Positions 21,058-31,392 of a DNA stretch of 64,000 nt are shown in pieces; positions within the stretch are counted from its first letter, which is position 1; each line of letters starts with the position of its first letter. The notes beneath the pieces were generated by a model. The model saw nothing but the letters and a program-made list of their open reading frames with translations. It was not told where the DNA came from and ran no database searches. Source of the stretch: Spirochaetota bacterium (GTDB taxonomy: Bacteria; Spirochaetota; UBA6919; CBDBPB01); the NCBI GenBank assembly GCA_965208615.1, contig CBDBPB010000006.1:96001-160000 (forward strand). The letters run 5' to 3'. The position numbers and the translations under genes were made by a program.

Positions 21058-21285
21058 CCTTATATTAACTTTATCTACTCATTTTAAAATAACATTAGTT
21101 TTTTTGAGAAAAGAATTTTTATCAACATGTTGACAATAACGTATTTTTTTTCTATTTTAAAATTAAGTTATTTATTATAGTTATAATATAGTAAAACCGC
21201 TTAACATACTACTATATAAATATTATATTTGTAATTCTTATAATGGTTTTACATTTAAATTAAAATATACTTATCTGTTTTACAT

Positions 21286-21358
<73 letters not shown>

Positions 21359-21594
21359 AAGCTTTTTAATATGGTCTATTAGGCATAAAAATTATATTAA
21401 TCCTCAATAATAACCCAGGTTTTGTATTGTTAAAAAAACATAAACCTTCTATATAAAAATAAAAAAAGCAGTAAAAAAAATAAAAGATTACTCTAAAAAA
21501 TAATGAAGCTAGCCGACTTTTATTTAAAAGTGAAGAAATAGTGACTTTTTTATAATAAAAAGCATTTTAAGCAAAAATCAGGGAGTTTAATATT

Positions 21595-22416
21595 ATGACA
21601 TTAAAAATACTAAAGTTTTCATTTTTCATTTTACTATTTAGTTATTCCTGTTCTGACGAAGCTAAACATACTAAGCCAGAAAAAAGTACTAAGCCAGAAA
21701 GTGTAAAAACTTATCCTGATGCTCTTACAAAGGTAAGCAAGAATTATAAAAAGGTTCCTGGGTTTATATGTAAGTTTGGTGTAGGCATTACTAAAGGGGG
21801 TAAGAACGTATCTGCTGATGGTTTAGCCTATGTTGACAAAAAATTAAACAGATTAAAAATAATATTAAAGGATACCTTAGCTAATCAAGTACTATTGGAT
21901 TTAGCCTTAACTAATGAAATCATTAAGTTATACTTTTATAATACTAGTGGGGGAGTAGTTATAAGTGGTCCTGTTAACAACTTAAACCTTGGAAGGTATA
22001 TAGCTAACTTTAACCTAAATATTATGGATCTAATTAAATTAATAAAGGCAAACTCCTATATTATTACTGACGTACATGATGTTGAGAAGCAAGATGATGA
22101 TAAGTTTATCTTTTACAAAATTAAAAAGGATAATGTTATACAAATTATAAAACTAAATAAACAAAACCATAGAATAAATCAATTGGGTCATTTTGTAGAT
22201 GGTAAAATGGCTTTTAGGATTGCCTACAAAAACTATAAAGAGTTTTCAGACTTTTATTTTCCTATGAAAAGCTACTTTTATCACAAATCTAAAAATAAAA
22301 CTAATAAAATAGTTATTTTTATCTCGTCAGACATCAACTTCTCACCTGAGTTTGATAGTAAATATTTTGAACTTAATAGTAAGTATCCAAAAGCTAGAAA
22401 GATTTACTACAACTAA
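21595..22416 (+). CDS. Putative lipoprotein, possibly LolA/LolB-like fold
   Basis: Lipobox-like LLFSYSC; beta-rich body with IAYKNYKEF...FP strand and C-terminal FDSKYFEL as in LolA-like proteins. Confidence 0.55.
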   Translation: MTLKILKFSFFILLFSYSCSDEAKHTKPEKSTKPESVKTYPDALTKVSKNYKKVPGFICKFGVGITKGGKNVSADGLAYVDKKLNRLKIILKDTLANQVLLDLALTNEIIKLYFYNTSGGVVISGPVNNLNLGRYIANFNLNIMDLIKLIKANSYIITDVHDVEKQDDDKFIFYKIKKDNVIQIIKLNKQNHRINQLGHFVDGKMAFRIAYKNYKEFSDFYFPMKSYFYHKSKNKTNKIVIFISSDINFSPEFDSKYFELNSKYPKARKIYYN

Positions 22417-22419
22417 CCT

Positions 22420-22503
22420 ATAAATAATATAACCGGCCTATAAATAAATGGATAAGGAAATCCGATTATTAATATAATAAAGGCTGGTTAAGTTATATTT
22501 TAT
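22420..22503 (+). ncRNA. Candidate structured RNA (6S-like position) upstream of the 5-FTHF cyclo-ligase gene
   Basis: TAACCGGCCT (22430-39) pairs with AGGCTGGTTA (22481-90, one G-U); internal bubble, inner GGAT/ATCC stem. Confidence 0.3.
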
Positions 22504-22538
22504 GAATAAAAAATAAATATAACTGTTAGCATATCTAT

Positions 22539-23114
22539 ATGGATAAACATATTATTAGGGAAAGTCTTAAAAATAAGAGGAATCAGCTTGCTTTTTGCGA
22601 TAGAACTTCTAAGAGTAGCATTATTCAAAAAAAGGCTATTGATTTAGTATTTAGTAAAAATATTAGCATTGTTCTTTCGTATATGAATGCTTTTAGCGAA
22701 GTAGAAAGCAATTTTTTTAATCAATATCTTCTTGACAACGGTATTATTTTAGCTATTCCTAGGGTGGATAGTAAGTCTAAAATAAACTTTTATAAGATTT
22801 CTAATTTAGAGGATGATACAAAACTGGGGAGCTTTGGGATTATAGAACCTAAAAGAAGATTAGGCATTATTAATTATAATAGTTCTAATATGCTAATAGT
22901 GATACCTGGAGTTAGTTTTGATTTAGAGGGCTATAGATTAGGTTATGGAAAAGGATTCTATGATTACTTTTTATTTAGAAATCCTTTTATGTATAGGGTT
23001 GGTTTAGCTTTTAACTTACAGATGGTTAATAAGCTACCAATTGATACTCATGATCAAAAGGTTGATTGTTTGATTACTGAAGATAAAAATTATAACTTTA
23101 AAAGAAATTATTAA
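22539..23114 (+). CDS. ygfA: 5-formyltetrahydrofolate cyclo-ligase
   Basis: FGIIEP, VIPGVSFDLEGYRLGYGKGFYD, LPIDTHDQKVDCLITE. Confidence 0.95.
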   Translation: MDKHIIRESLKNKRNQLAFCDRTSKSSIIQKKAIDLVFSKNISIVLSYMNAFSEVESNFFNQYLLDNGIILAIPRVDSKSKINFYKISNLEDDTKLGSFGIIEPKRRLGIINYNSSNMLIVIPGVSFDLEGYRLGYGKGFYDYFLFRNPFMYRVGLAFNLQMVNKLPIDTHDQKVDCLITEDKNYNFKRNY

Positions 23115-23245
23115 ATATTCTTTGAAAATTATGATTTTTACCGTAATAGATATTAGAAAGCAATTTATTATCTTTTTTATAATATTAGCTATAGTTTAAA
23201 AGGGGCTTTTAACTTTAAATATACTGGTATTTTAAGGAGTAAAGA

Positions 23246-24106
23246 ATGAAGTTAGGTCGTTTTATCTTATTCATAAGCTTGATTTTTGTAATATCTAGTG
23301 GATATGGTCAAGTTAATAAGCCGTCATCTGGGGATATATCAAAGGATGGAAAGGTAGTTACAAAATATTACAAACTTTTTTATGAGTACTTTTATGGTGA
23401 GGACATGCCTGATCATGAGATTGTAAAAGAAGACGAACTTTTAGAAGAACCCAGTTATTTTATTGCTAAATACGAAAAGGGTAAACTATTAAAAATAGGT
23501 TATTATACTCGTACAGGCGATATTCCAGAGGAGAGAGCATTAACTTTATCCCAATATGTAAATAGTGATGGTTTGGCGTATTACTATATTATATACGAAT
23601 ATAATGAGAAAAAACAGTTAATAAAAAAAGAGTTTAGGGATAACTATGATAAAACGGTTGAGAGGTATGATTTTTTTTATGATTTTAGGGATAAGCTTGA
23701 AAAAATAGAGAAGTGGGGTAAGACTCCATTTCTTGGGAAGATGGAGTTAAAAGGTGTTAATAAATTCACATGGAAAAAGGGAGAGGCTAATCAGATAGAG
23801 ACATTTACATTTTACAATAAAGATCTTTTACCAGTGGAAAGATATTACTTCATAAAAAACCCTCAACATCCGTGGGAGAGCGATCAACAATATTTAGTTG
23901 GTAATAATAAGATATCCATTTTAGTTATAAGCCAGTATGACCGTTATCGTACTGGTAATAAGGATAAGTTGCTTTATTTTATAAGGTATGAACGGGATAA
24001 TGAAAAAAACATTATTCAAAGAAGGTATAACCATGATAAGGTTTTAGTTGAAAAAAGGCCTCCACTTGCACCTCCTGAAAAGACTGATGTAGATAATAAG
24101 CAATAA
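23246..24106 (+). CDS. Exported hypothetical protein, Tyr-rich beta-strand repeats
   Basis: SD AAGGAG, signal peptide, YEYNEKKQLIK / FFYDFRDKLEK type strands. Confidence 0.7.
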   Translation: MKLGRFILFISLIFVISSGYGQVNKPSSGDISKDGKVVTKYYKLFYEYFYGEDMPDHEIVKEDELLEEPSYFIAKYEKGKLLKIGYYTRTGDIPEERALTLSQYVNSDGLAYYYIIYEYNEKKQLIKKEFRDNYDKTVERYDFFYDFRDKLEKIEKWGKTPFLGKMELKGVNKFTWKKGEANQIETFTFYNKDLLPVERYYFIKNPQHPWESDQQYLVGNNKISILVISQYDRYRTGNKDKLLYFIRYERDNEKNIIQRRYNHDKVLVEKRPPLAPPEKTDVDNKQ

Positions 24107-24113
24107 TATTATT

Positions 24114-25430
24114 TTATATATTTAGTTTTTTAAAGAAAGTCATTGCTTCGCCGGCTAGGTAGAATGAGCCTGTTATTACCAGCAAGTCATTTTTGGATAG
24201 TTTAGTCATAGCAAAGTTGTATGCCTCTTCAAAGTTGCTTAAGTGGCTGACAGAAGAATGACAGTAGTATGCTTCTTTAGCAAGCTTATTAGATATATCA
24301 TTTTTAAATGAGTTAATTTTTGTTATTATTATATGGTTGAAAAGGTATAGAAAGCGGGATAGGATAAGCTTATAATTTTTTCCTTCTATCATCCCAAGGA
24401 TTAATACTTTTTTAGGTTTATTTTTGAAGTATATATATAGATTAGTTTTTAGGGATAGGATTGCATGTTCATTATGTGCTCCATCTATTATTGTAGTGGG
24501 GTTATGATTTATTATTTGGAATCTGGCTGGTATTAAAAGGTTATTCAGGGTTTTATTAAGGTTTTTTTCTGTATAATTAATTTTTAGTTTAGATAGTGTA
24601 AATAGTGCAATAGCACAGTTTAATGCCTGATGTATGGGGCTATATGGAAGACATATTGTTAATGGTAATTTATTAAAGATAGACGAATAGGTAAATGTTA
24701 AATTATTTGAAATAAGCTTAATATTTTGAATATTAAAGTCTTTTTTATAGCAAAATATAGAGGCATTTAGTTTTTTAGTTATCTCGTAGAAAAGCGGATA
24801 AAGTTTTTGTTTTTGTTTTCCTAAAACGCAGACACCGTTATTTGAGATAATCCCAGCTTTTTCGTATGCAATTTGGTTTAGGGTTGCTCCTAGGTGATTT
24901 GTATGATCATAGCTAATGGTATTTATTAATGATATTTTTTTAGTTTTAAAGTTGGTTGAGTCTAGTCGTCCACCCATACCGGTTTCTAAAATTACATATT
25001 GACATTTTTTTAGTTTGAAGTGTAATATTGCAATAGCAGTAACGGCGTCAAAGAATGATGGATGTTTTGGTATTATAGTCATTATTTTTTGTAGTTTTTT
25101 AGTGAGGGAGAGTAATTCGGAGTCTGTTATTTGTATATTATTAATTTTAATTCTTTCATTAAGCTTAACTAAATGTGGAGAGGTATAACATCCTGTTATG
25201 TATTTCCATGATGATAGTAGGTGGGATAGTATTATAGCTAGTGAGCCTTTTCCATTAGTTCCGGCAATATGAATTATTTTAAAATCTTTTTCGCAATAGT
25301 TAATATGGCATAAAAACTGATTTATAAAAGAGTTATTATATTTTTTATATGGAATTGTTCTTTTTACTTCATAATTTATTAAAGTATATAAAAAGTTGAT
25401 AGCATCTTCTATAGTTTTAAGTTTTTGCAT
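24114..25430 (-). CDS. folC: Folylpolyglutamate/dihydrofolate synthase
   Basis: IHIAGTNGKGS, YTSPHL, LETGMGGRLDSTN, IIDGAHN, ITGSFYL. Confidence 0.95.
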   Translation of the reverse strand: MQKLKTIEDAINFLYTLINYEVKRTIPYKKYNNSFINQFLCHINYCEKDFKIIHIAGTNGKGSLAIILSHLLSSWKYITGCYTSPHLVKLNERIKINNIQITDSELLSLTKKLQKIMTIIPKHPSFFDAVTAIAILHFKLKKCQYVILETGMGGRLDSTNFKTKKISLINTISYDHTNHLGATLNQIAYEKAGIISNNGVCVLGKQKQKLYPLFYEITKKLNASIFCYKKDFNIQNIKLISNNLTFTYSSIFNKLPLTICLPYSPIHQALNCAIALFTLSKLKINYTEKNLNKTLNNLLIPARFQIINHNPTTIIDGAHNEHAILSLKTNLYIYFKNKPKKVLILGMIEGKNYKLILSRFLYLFNHIIITKINSFKNDISNKLAKEAYYCHSSVSHLSNFEEAYNFAMTKLSKNDLLVITGSFYLAGEAMTFFKKLNI

Positions 25431-25604
25431 ATCCTGTCCTTATTTTATAATATAGTAATAAGTAATATATACTACAAGCTAAGCTGATTTGATAGTAAGT
25501 ATAGGGTGTTAATAACACATAAAGTAATATAACATCAGTGATAGAGCTGATATATTTATTAATAATAATATGTAATTAATTTTAAGTATAGTGTTTTATA
25601 GGCC

Positions 25605-25631
25605 TAAAGTTATTATTAAACTATCCGAATG
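25605..25631 (+). promoter_or_regulatory. Sigma28 (FliA)-like promoter
   Basis: TAAAGTTA-N11-TCCGAATG versus consensus TAAAGTTT-N11-GCCGATAA. Confidence 0.4.
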
Positions 25632-25654
25632 ATTTAGTGGTATGTGAGGAGTTT

Positions 25655-25999
25655 ATGGATATTAAAAAAACTATGGATGGCGTTAAAGGTTTAGTGGCAA
25701 AGAAATGTAAAGTGATTATTGTTATTAGCATAGCATTACTTGGTATAGCTATATTAATTGGATTGCTTTGGCCTAAGACACTAAGTCATGCAGAACTCGA
25801 AGAAACCAAAAGACTTACTGATATTAATGATATATATTTTCAACATATTAAAAACTCTACTATAAAAGAGCCTAATATTGGTGATTCTATAAAGGTTATG
25901 AAAGAAAAAGATAATTTAAAAAAAGAAGAAAAGGATAAAATCAAAGTGCCTAGCTCCATGAATAAACAAATAAATCCAAAAGAATATAGAAAAAAATAG
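25655..25999 (+). CDS. Small single-TM hypothetical protein
   Basis: SD GAGGAG before ATG 25655; one hydrophobic helix. Confidence 0.65.
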   Translation: MDIKKTMDGVKGLVAKKCKVIIVISIALLGIAILIGLLWPKTLSHAELEETKRLTDINDIYFQHIKNSTIKEPNIGDSIKVMKEKDNLKKEEKDKIKVPSSMNKQINPKEYRKK

Positions 26000-26015
26000 T
26001 TGGATTAAGGTTATT

Positions 26016-27074
26016 ATGAGAAATATAATATTATTGTTTATTAGCTTGTTTTTTGTTTTTATTAGCTCTATAGCCTTTAATAAGGATATTAAAGTAAATG
26101 GAATAAATAAAAAGGTTTTTATATACCCCAAGAAGATTATAAATAGTACTACTAGACTTAGCTATTATGACAAAAAAAGGCTTGAGTTAATTGAAGATAG
26201 TAAAATACCTTATATAAAGTACGGATTTATAACAAAGATGCCGGGTAAGGCATATGTTATTGTAGACTATAATAAAAACAATAAGAAGTTAAAATCGGTT
26301 AGCTATAAGGTTAATATTATTACGAATAAAGCAAATAAAAATGATAATAACTTTAAGTTAAATCCTAAACATAAGCCAGAAAAAATAATTAATCCTATAG
26401 AAAATAATTTGACTGGTGAATACTCTTCTGTTGACAAACAGATTATGAAAGATAGTTCTATTTATTATTCATATATTGTTAAACTATTTAATAGAAGGCT
26501 TTATAATAAGGTATTGTTAGAGATTCTAAACTTTAGTCAACTATTTCCAAATGATAGAAGAATAGCTATGATTAACAGGCTTAAGGGTAAAACCTATATT
26601 AGGTTAAGACAATATAATAAGGCCATTGAGTGGTATAATAAGTTGATTGAAAAAAATGACTTACTAAAAAAGGCTAGTCTTCTTGTATTATTGGGTAATT
26701 CTTATGAAAAAGCTCATGAATTTAGTAAGGCAAAGTTGTGTTATATTAAAGTGATAACTTTGTTTAAGGGTCCTAAGGTTTTAGCTGATGCTCATTTTTA
26801 TTTAGGAAAAATATACTTTAATTTTAAAGAAAATAAAATGGGTATATTTGAGTTAGAAGAGCTTATAAATAAATATCCTGAGGCAAGAAAGAAAAGGGAG
26901 ATAGCGCTATATATGCTTGGGGAGATGTATTATAAAAAATCGCCTTTAAGGGATTATAAAAAATCATACTATTATTTTAGAACACTAAAAGAAGAGTTTA
27001 CAAAAGGCATATACTCAAAAGAAGCCGCTAAAAAAATGGACTACTTAAAAAATAACTTTATAAAATATTATTAA
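26016..27074 (+). CDS. Exported TPR protein (BamD/YbgF-like repeats)
   Basis: Signal peptide; LFPND, AHFYLGKIYF, LINKYPE, ALYMLGEMY repeats. Confidence 0.75.
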   Translation: MRNIILLFISLFFVFISSIAFNKDIKVNGINKKVFIYPKKIINSTTRLSYYDKKRLELIEDSKIPYIKYGFITKMPGKAYVIVDYNKNNKKLKSVSYKVNIITNKANKNDNNFKLNPKHKPEKIINPIENNLTGEYSSVDKQIMKDSSIYYSYIVKLFNRRLYNKVLLEILNFSQLFPNDRRIAMINRLKGKTYIRLRQYNKAIEWYNKLIEKNDLLKKASLLVLLGNSYEKAHEFSKAKLCYIKVITLFKGPKVLADAHFYLGKIYFNFKENKMGIFELEELINKYPEARKKREIALYMLGEMYYKKSPLRDYKKSYYYFRTLKEEFTKGIYSKEAAKKMDYLKNNFIKYY

Positions 27075-27296
27075 TATAAACCGCTGAATAATTACATTTT
27101 TATTTTTGTCAAAATAGTCTTATCTTTAAGGTTTTCACTTAATCCTAATACAAAATAATTTTTTTTAAAATAGTTTATATATTTTATACTAGTGTATTTA
27201 AAATTATTTTAAATGGTATATTATAATAATATATTGGTTGTCCAAGTTTAAATAATTTACTATCTATATATTATAGCTTATTTTATTAGTTTTTTT

Positions 27297-27869
27297 ATGA
27301 AAAAAGTTATTTGTATTACTATTATTTTGATTCTTATTAGTTGTGATGACGAGGTTAGTAATAAGAAAGATATTTTAGTGATCCCTACTTCTGAGGCAAA
27401 GTTTCTTAAGATTTTTAGGTATGACGATAAAGGGGGAGTTGAAATAGTTATTACTGGCTTAAAAAACGTTATTTTTAGAGACTCTAAAGAGATTTGGTTA
27501 GATAAAATAAGGGTACTTTACTTATCTAAAGAGGGGGATAAGGATGTTTCTATTCAGCTTAAGGCAGATAAGGGTAAAGTAAATTATAAAACCTTAAATT
27601 GCGAGGTTTGGAGTAACGCAGTTGTTTTGCGGGAGAACGAAGTTAGAATAGAGACAGAAAGATTATTTTGGAATCACTCAGAAAAAAAGGTTTATAGTAA
27701 GGATGAGGGGAAGGTTGTAATTTATAAAAGAAATAAACCTAATGATCCAAATGATATGTCTATGGTAAAAAGTGTAGGCAAGAATTTAGTAGCTGATAGT
27801 AATCTTAAGCATATATATTTAGATAGTGCAATTACCTCACCACCTAGTAGTATAAATGATGGGCTATGA
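27297..27869 (+). CDS. lptC: LPS export protein LptC (lipoprotein-type signal)
   Basis: LKADKGKV, IETERLFWN...VYS jellyroll motifs; first gene of the lptC-A-B cluster; LISC lipobox. Confidence 0.75.
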   Translation: MKKVICITIILILISCDDEVSNKKDILVIPTSEAKFLKIFRYDDKGGVEIVITGLKNVIFRDSKEIWLDKIRVLYLSKEGDKDVSIQLKADKGKVNYKTLNCEVWSNAVVLRENEVRIETERLFWNHSEKKVYSKDEGKVVIYKRNKPNDPNDMSMVKSVGKNLVADSNLKHIYLDSAITSPPSSINDGL

Positions 27870-30412
27870 TAGTATTATATATTATTTCTATATTGTTTAT
27901 TATACCTAGTTTTACTTTTTCCCAGAATGAAGATAGTGTTTTAATTTATGCTGAGAAGAAGAGATATATTTATGGAAAAAAATATTGGGACCTACTTGGC
28001 AATCCTGTTTTAAAAAAGGGTTCTGATAGTCTTTCTGCTAAGAGTATAAAATATTTTCAGGAAAAGAAAAGGGCAATTGCTAAGGGGAATATAAAAATAT
28101 TTAGTTATAAAGACTCCGTAGAAGTTTTTGGTAAATATGGGGAATATCATACTGATAGTGGTTATGCAAAGTTGATAACTGATACCAAGCTTATTGCTAT
28201 TAAGGATAATATAACTATTAATAGTGAGATTATAGAGCGTTTTAAAAAAAAGAAAATATATACTGCACGTAATAACGTTAAGATTGTTATGGAAAAGGAT
28301 AACGCTGTTATTACTGCTCAAAATGCTGTTTATAGCCTCTCCAAAAAGACTATAACGTTAAAAGGAAGCCCAATTATAAATCAAAATGGTTGGGAGTATA
28401 AAGCAAAAGAGATTATTTTTCATACTAAAACCAGAATTATAGTATTGAATGGTGAATCTGTTGCAAGAAAGGATAATCAGAAGATTATATCGGACAGGAT
28501 AGAGTATTATTCAGAACATCCCAAAAAGAAGTCTATTTTTACTGGCCATACCAAGTTTATAGAGTATTCAGATAAGCAATCCTTTTTAAGAGGTAAGCCA
28601 TATAGGGAGGTTTATGGTAAGAAAGTTATTTTTTATAATTATGGTGAGGGAAAGGCTGTTTTTTTGGGTAAGGCATTTATGACAGAGTTTTTTTTAAAAA
28701 AGGCTACTAAACCTAATAGAACAGATATTTTTATGTATAAGCGGCAGGGGAGTGCTGATACTATAAAGTATATTGGGGGCGATGAGAAAAAGGTTGCTCT
28801 AATTGGGAATGCAAAAATATTTGAGCCTAATAAGGTAGCATTTGCGGATCGCATTGACTATATTGATGGACGTGAAAAAATAGCTATTCTTAGGGGTAAG
28901 GCTTATTTTTACGAATTTTATAAAAAAAGTGAAAGTTATAGTAACTATAATTCTGTAAAGCTAAAGGCTAAGGCTAATACAATTAAGTATTTTACTGAGA
29001 AAGATAAAGTTATTTTAGAGGGTGGGGCAAATATCTTTGGGACAGATGGTTATCTACAGGGTGATAGAGTTATATATTGGAGTGGTGAAAAGGAATATGG
29101 CTATGCTGAGGGCAATGCACAATTAAATAGTAATAATGCAATAGCCACGGCTGATATAATTAAATACTTTAAAAAAGAGGAAAAGACTATTTTAGCTGGG
29201 AATGCTAGGTACAAAAAGGATGATATACGTGCAAGGGCAAGGTTGATAGAGCACTATGAAAAAGAGAATAAGACAAAATTAAAAGGGGATGTTTTAATAA
29301 TAGAAAATGGGGAGAAAAAAATAATCACCCAGGATATTGTTTATAAAAAAACCAAAGGTGTTGAGACTGCTACTTTGTTTGGTTGGTCTCAATTAATAAA
29401 GAAAAATAAGGTTTTGGCCGGCAATTATATTGAGTATTACAGTGATAAAAATGGAGAGAAGGTTTTTATAAGAGAAAAGGCCTCTTATAAAGAAAGGCAT
29501 AGTAAGAAGGACGAAGATGAGAAAAAGTGGATATTTGCTGATCAAATTATTTACTATACTATTCCAAAGCCGGGTGAGAGTAATGATGAGAAGATTTTAT
29601 TAAAAGGCAATACAAGGGTTATTAACTCCAAAAGAACTCTTAGTGGTGATAATGGGGAGTATTATATATCAAATAGTAGTAGTGGTAAAACTGAGAAGGG
29701 TTTTGTATATGGAAATTGCGAGATTATAAAAAAAGATACTTCTCAGCAGGCATTTTCAGATAGAGTTGAATATTTTAAGGATAAAGACTTAAAAGAAAGA
29801 TATTTGCTAAAAGGGAAAGTGGATTTTAATAATAAGGATAGGTTGGCTAACTCTGATAGTCTTACTATTTTTCCTGATTTTAAGCCTGGTATTGATAAAA
29901 TTATCTTTTTGGGGAGTCCTAATTTTGAGGATAGTGAAAGCTTTGCTAGAGGAGATAGAATTGAAATGCTTGATGGTAATATTAATCAAACAAGGATTTT
30001 TGGTAATGTAAAATTTGTTAATAAGAAAGAGTTTTCAGAGATTTCCAGCGGCTATCTACTCTTTGATGATGATAGGGAATATGTTAGAGTAGAAAAAGAG
30101 CCTGTATTTATTCAAAAAGATGATGATTTTATTATTTACGGTAATGTTATAGAAAGTTTTAGGGAAACAAAGATTTCTATTGCTACTGGGGATGTAAAGG
30201 CTATTCAAAAGTCTAAGACTATTTATGGTGAATATTTAAAATATATTAAAAAGGAAAAAAAGCTTTGGGTTGTAGGAAATGCTACCTTAGAAACAGATAA
30301 TAATATTACTAGGGCAAAAAGAATTGTTTTAAATACAAAAACTAAAGAGGTTGAGATGATTGGTGTTAGACGTAGTAAGCTTGATCCTTATGGCAAACCT
30401 AAAAAAGAATAA
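27866..30412 (+). CDS. lptA: Very long LptA/OstA-family multi-jellyroll protein
   Basis: Signal peptide, many (A/S)DxIxY...(I/V)LxGN(A/V) repeats, between lptC and lptB, no beta-barrel C-terminus. Confidence 0.7.
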   Translation: MIVLYIISILFIIPSFTFSQNEDSVLIYAEKKRYIYGKKYWDLLGNPVLKKGSDSLSAKSIKYFQEKKRAIAKGNIKIFSYKDSVEVFGKYGEYHTDSGYAKLITDTKLIAIKDNITINSEIIERFKKKKIYTARNNVKIVMEKDNAVITAQNAVYSLSKKTITLKGSPIINQNGWEYKAKEIIFHTKTRIIVLNGESVARKDNQKIISDRIEYYSEHPKKKSIFTGHTKFIEYSDKQSFLRGKPYREVYGKKVIFYNYGEGKAVFLGKAFMTEFFLKKATKPNRTDIFMYKRQGSADTIKYIGGDEKKVALIGNAKIFEPNKVAFADRIDYIDGREKIAILRGKAYFYEFYKKSESYSNYNSVKLKAKANTIKYFTEKDKVILEGGANIFGTDGYLQGDRVIYWSGEKEYGYAEGNAQLNSNNAIATADIIKYFKKEEKTILAGNARYKKDDIRARARLIEHYEKENKTKLKGDVLIIENGEKKIITQDIVYKKTKGVETATLFGWSQLIKKNKVLAGNYIEYYSDKNGEKVFIREKASYKERHSKKDEDEKKWIFADQIIYYTIPKPGESNDEKILLKGNTRVINSKRTLSGDNGEYYISNSSSGKTEKGFVYGNCEIIKKDTSQQAFSDRVEYFKDKDLKERYLLKGKVDFNNKDRLANSDSLTIFPDFKPGIDKIIFLGSPNFEDSESFARGDRIEMLDGNINQTRIFGNVKFVNKKEFSEISSGYLLFDDDREYVRVEKEPVFIQKDDDFIIYGNVIESFRETKISIATGDVKAIQKSKTIYGEYLKYIKKEKKLWVVGNATLETDNNITRAKRIVLNTKTKEVEMIGVRRSKLDPYGKPKKE

Positions 30413-31134
30413 TGGCAAAATTAACAATTGACAATATAAGAAAGTCTTATAAAAAAAAAAAGGTAGTACAAGGTGTATCTTTTTATATGCATAAGGGTGA
30501 GGTAGTTGGACTCCTTGGTCCAAATGGAGCCGGCAAGACTACTACATTTTATATGGTAGTTGGTCTTGTGATGGCTGATTCTGGGAATATTTATTTGGAT
30601 GACCTAAATATTACAAAATACCCTATGTATAAGAGGTCTAAACTTGGAATAGGTTATTTATCTCAAGAGGCATCCATTTTTAGAAAGCTGACGGTTAGGG
30701 AGAATATATTGGCAATTTTGGAGTTGGAAAAGATATCGTCTAAGAAAAGGCGTCAGCGTTTAAATGAGCTTTTAGAACATCTTGATATTACACATATTAG
30801 GGATTCTAAGGGTTATTCTTTATCTGGCGGAGAAAGAAGAAGGACTGAAATTGCAAGAGCATTAGCGTCTAGACCTGCATTTCTTCTTTTGGACGAACCT
30901 TTTGCAGGTGTTGATCCTATAGCTGTTCAGGAGATACAGCGGATAGTAACTAGATTAAGGGATCAAAATATTGGTATTTTAATTACCGATCATAATGCTA
31001 GAGAGACTCTTCGTATAACAGATAGGTCATATATTTTAGCAGAAGGGAAGATTTGGTTTTACGGGTCTGCCGACGAACTTGCTAATAATGAAGAAGTCAA
31101 AGAGATTTATCTTGGCGACGAATTCTCTTTGTGA
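30412..31134 (+). CDS. lptB: LPS export ABC transporter ATP-binding protein
   Basis: GLLGPNGAGKTT, GYLSQEASIFRKL, LSGGERRRTEIAR, LDEPFAGVDP, ITDHN, YLGDEFSL. Confidence 0.97.
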   Translation: MAKLTIDNIRKSYKKKKVVQGVSFYMHKGEVVGLLGPNGAGKTTTFYMVVGLVMADSGNIYLDDLNITKYPMYKRSKLGIGYLSQEASIFRKLTVRENILAILELEKISSKKRRQRLNELLEHLDITHIRDSKGYSLSGGERRRTEIARALASRPAFLLLDEPFAGVDPIAVQEIQRIVTRLRDQNIGILITDHNARETLRITDRSYILAEGKIWFYGSADELANNEEVKEIYLGDEFSL

Positions 31135-31392
31135 CATAATTAATTAGCTGTTTTTTTTGTTATTTTATTTGCTTTTTAGTAAAGTTTATTATATACTTAT
31201 ATATATACTACTAATAAGTTAAAACATGCAATAAAGGACTTAATAAACATTTTATTGATTTACTTATCTAATATATTGTTAATTTTTTTATCTTTTAAAT
31301 TATAAATACGTTAGGACAATTTTATTGTAAAATAACTAACTAATCTATTAACTTAATAGTTCAAACAATAAAAGACTAAAAACGGTTAAGAA

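Noticed and set aside
21671-21700. Tandem repeat CTAAGCCAGAAA
   Set aside because: Two-copy coding repeat (TKPE) in a lipoprotein linker; not an array.
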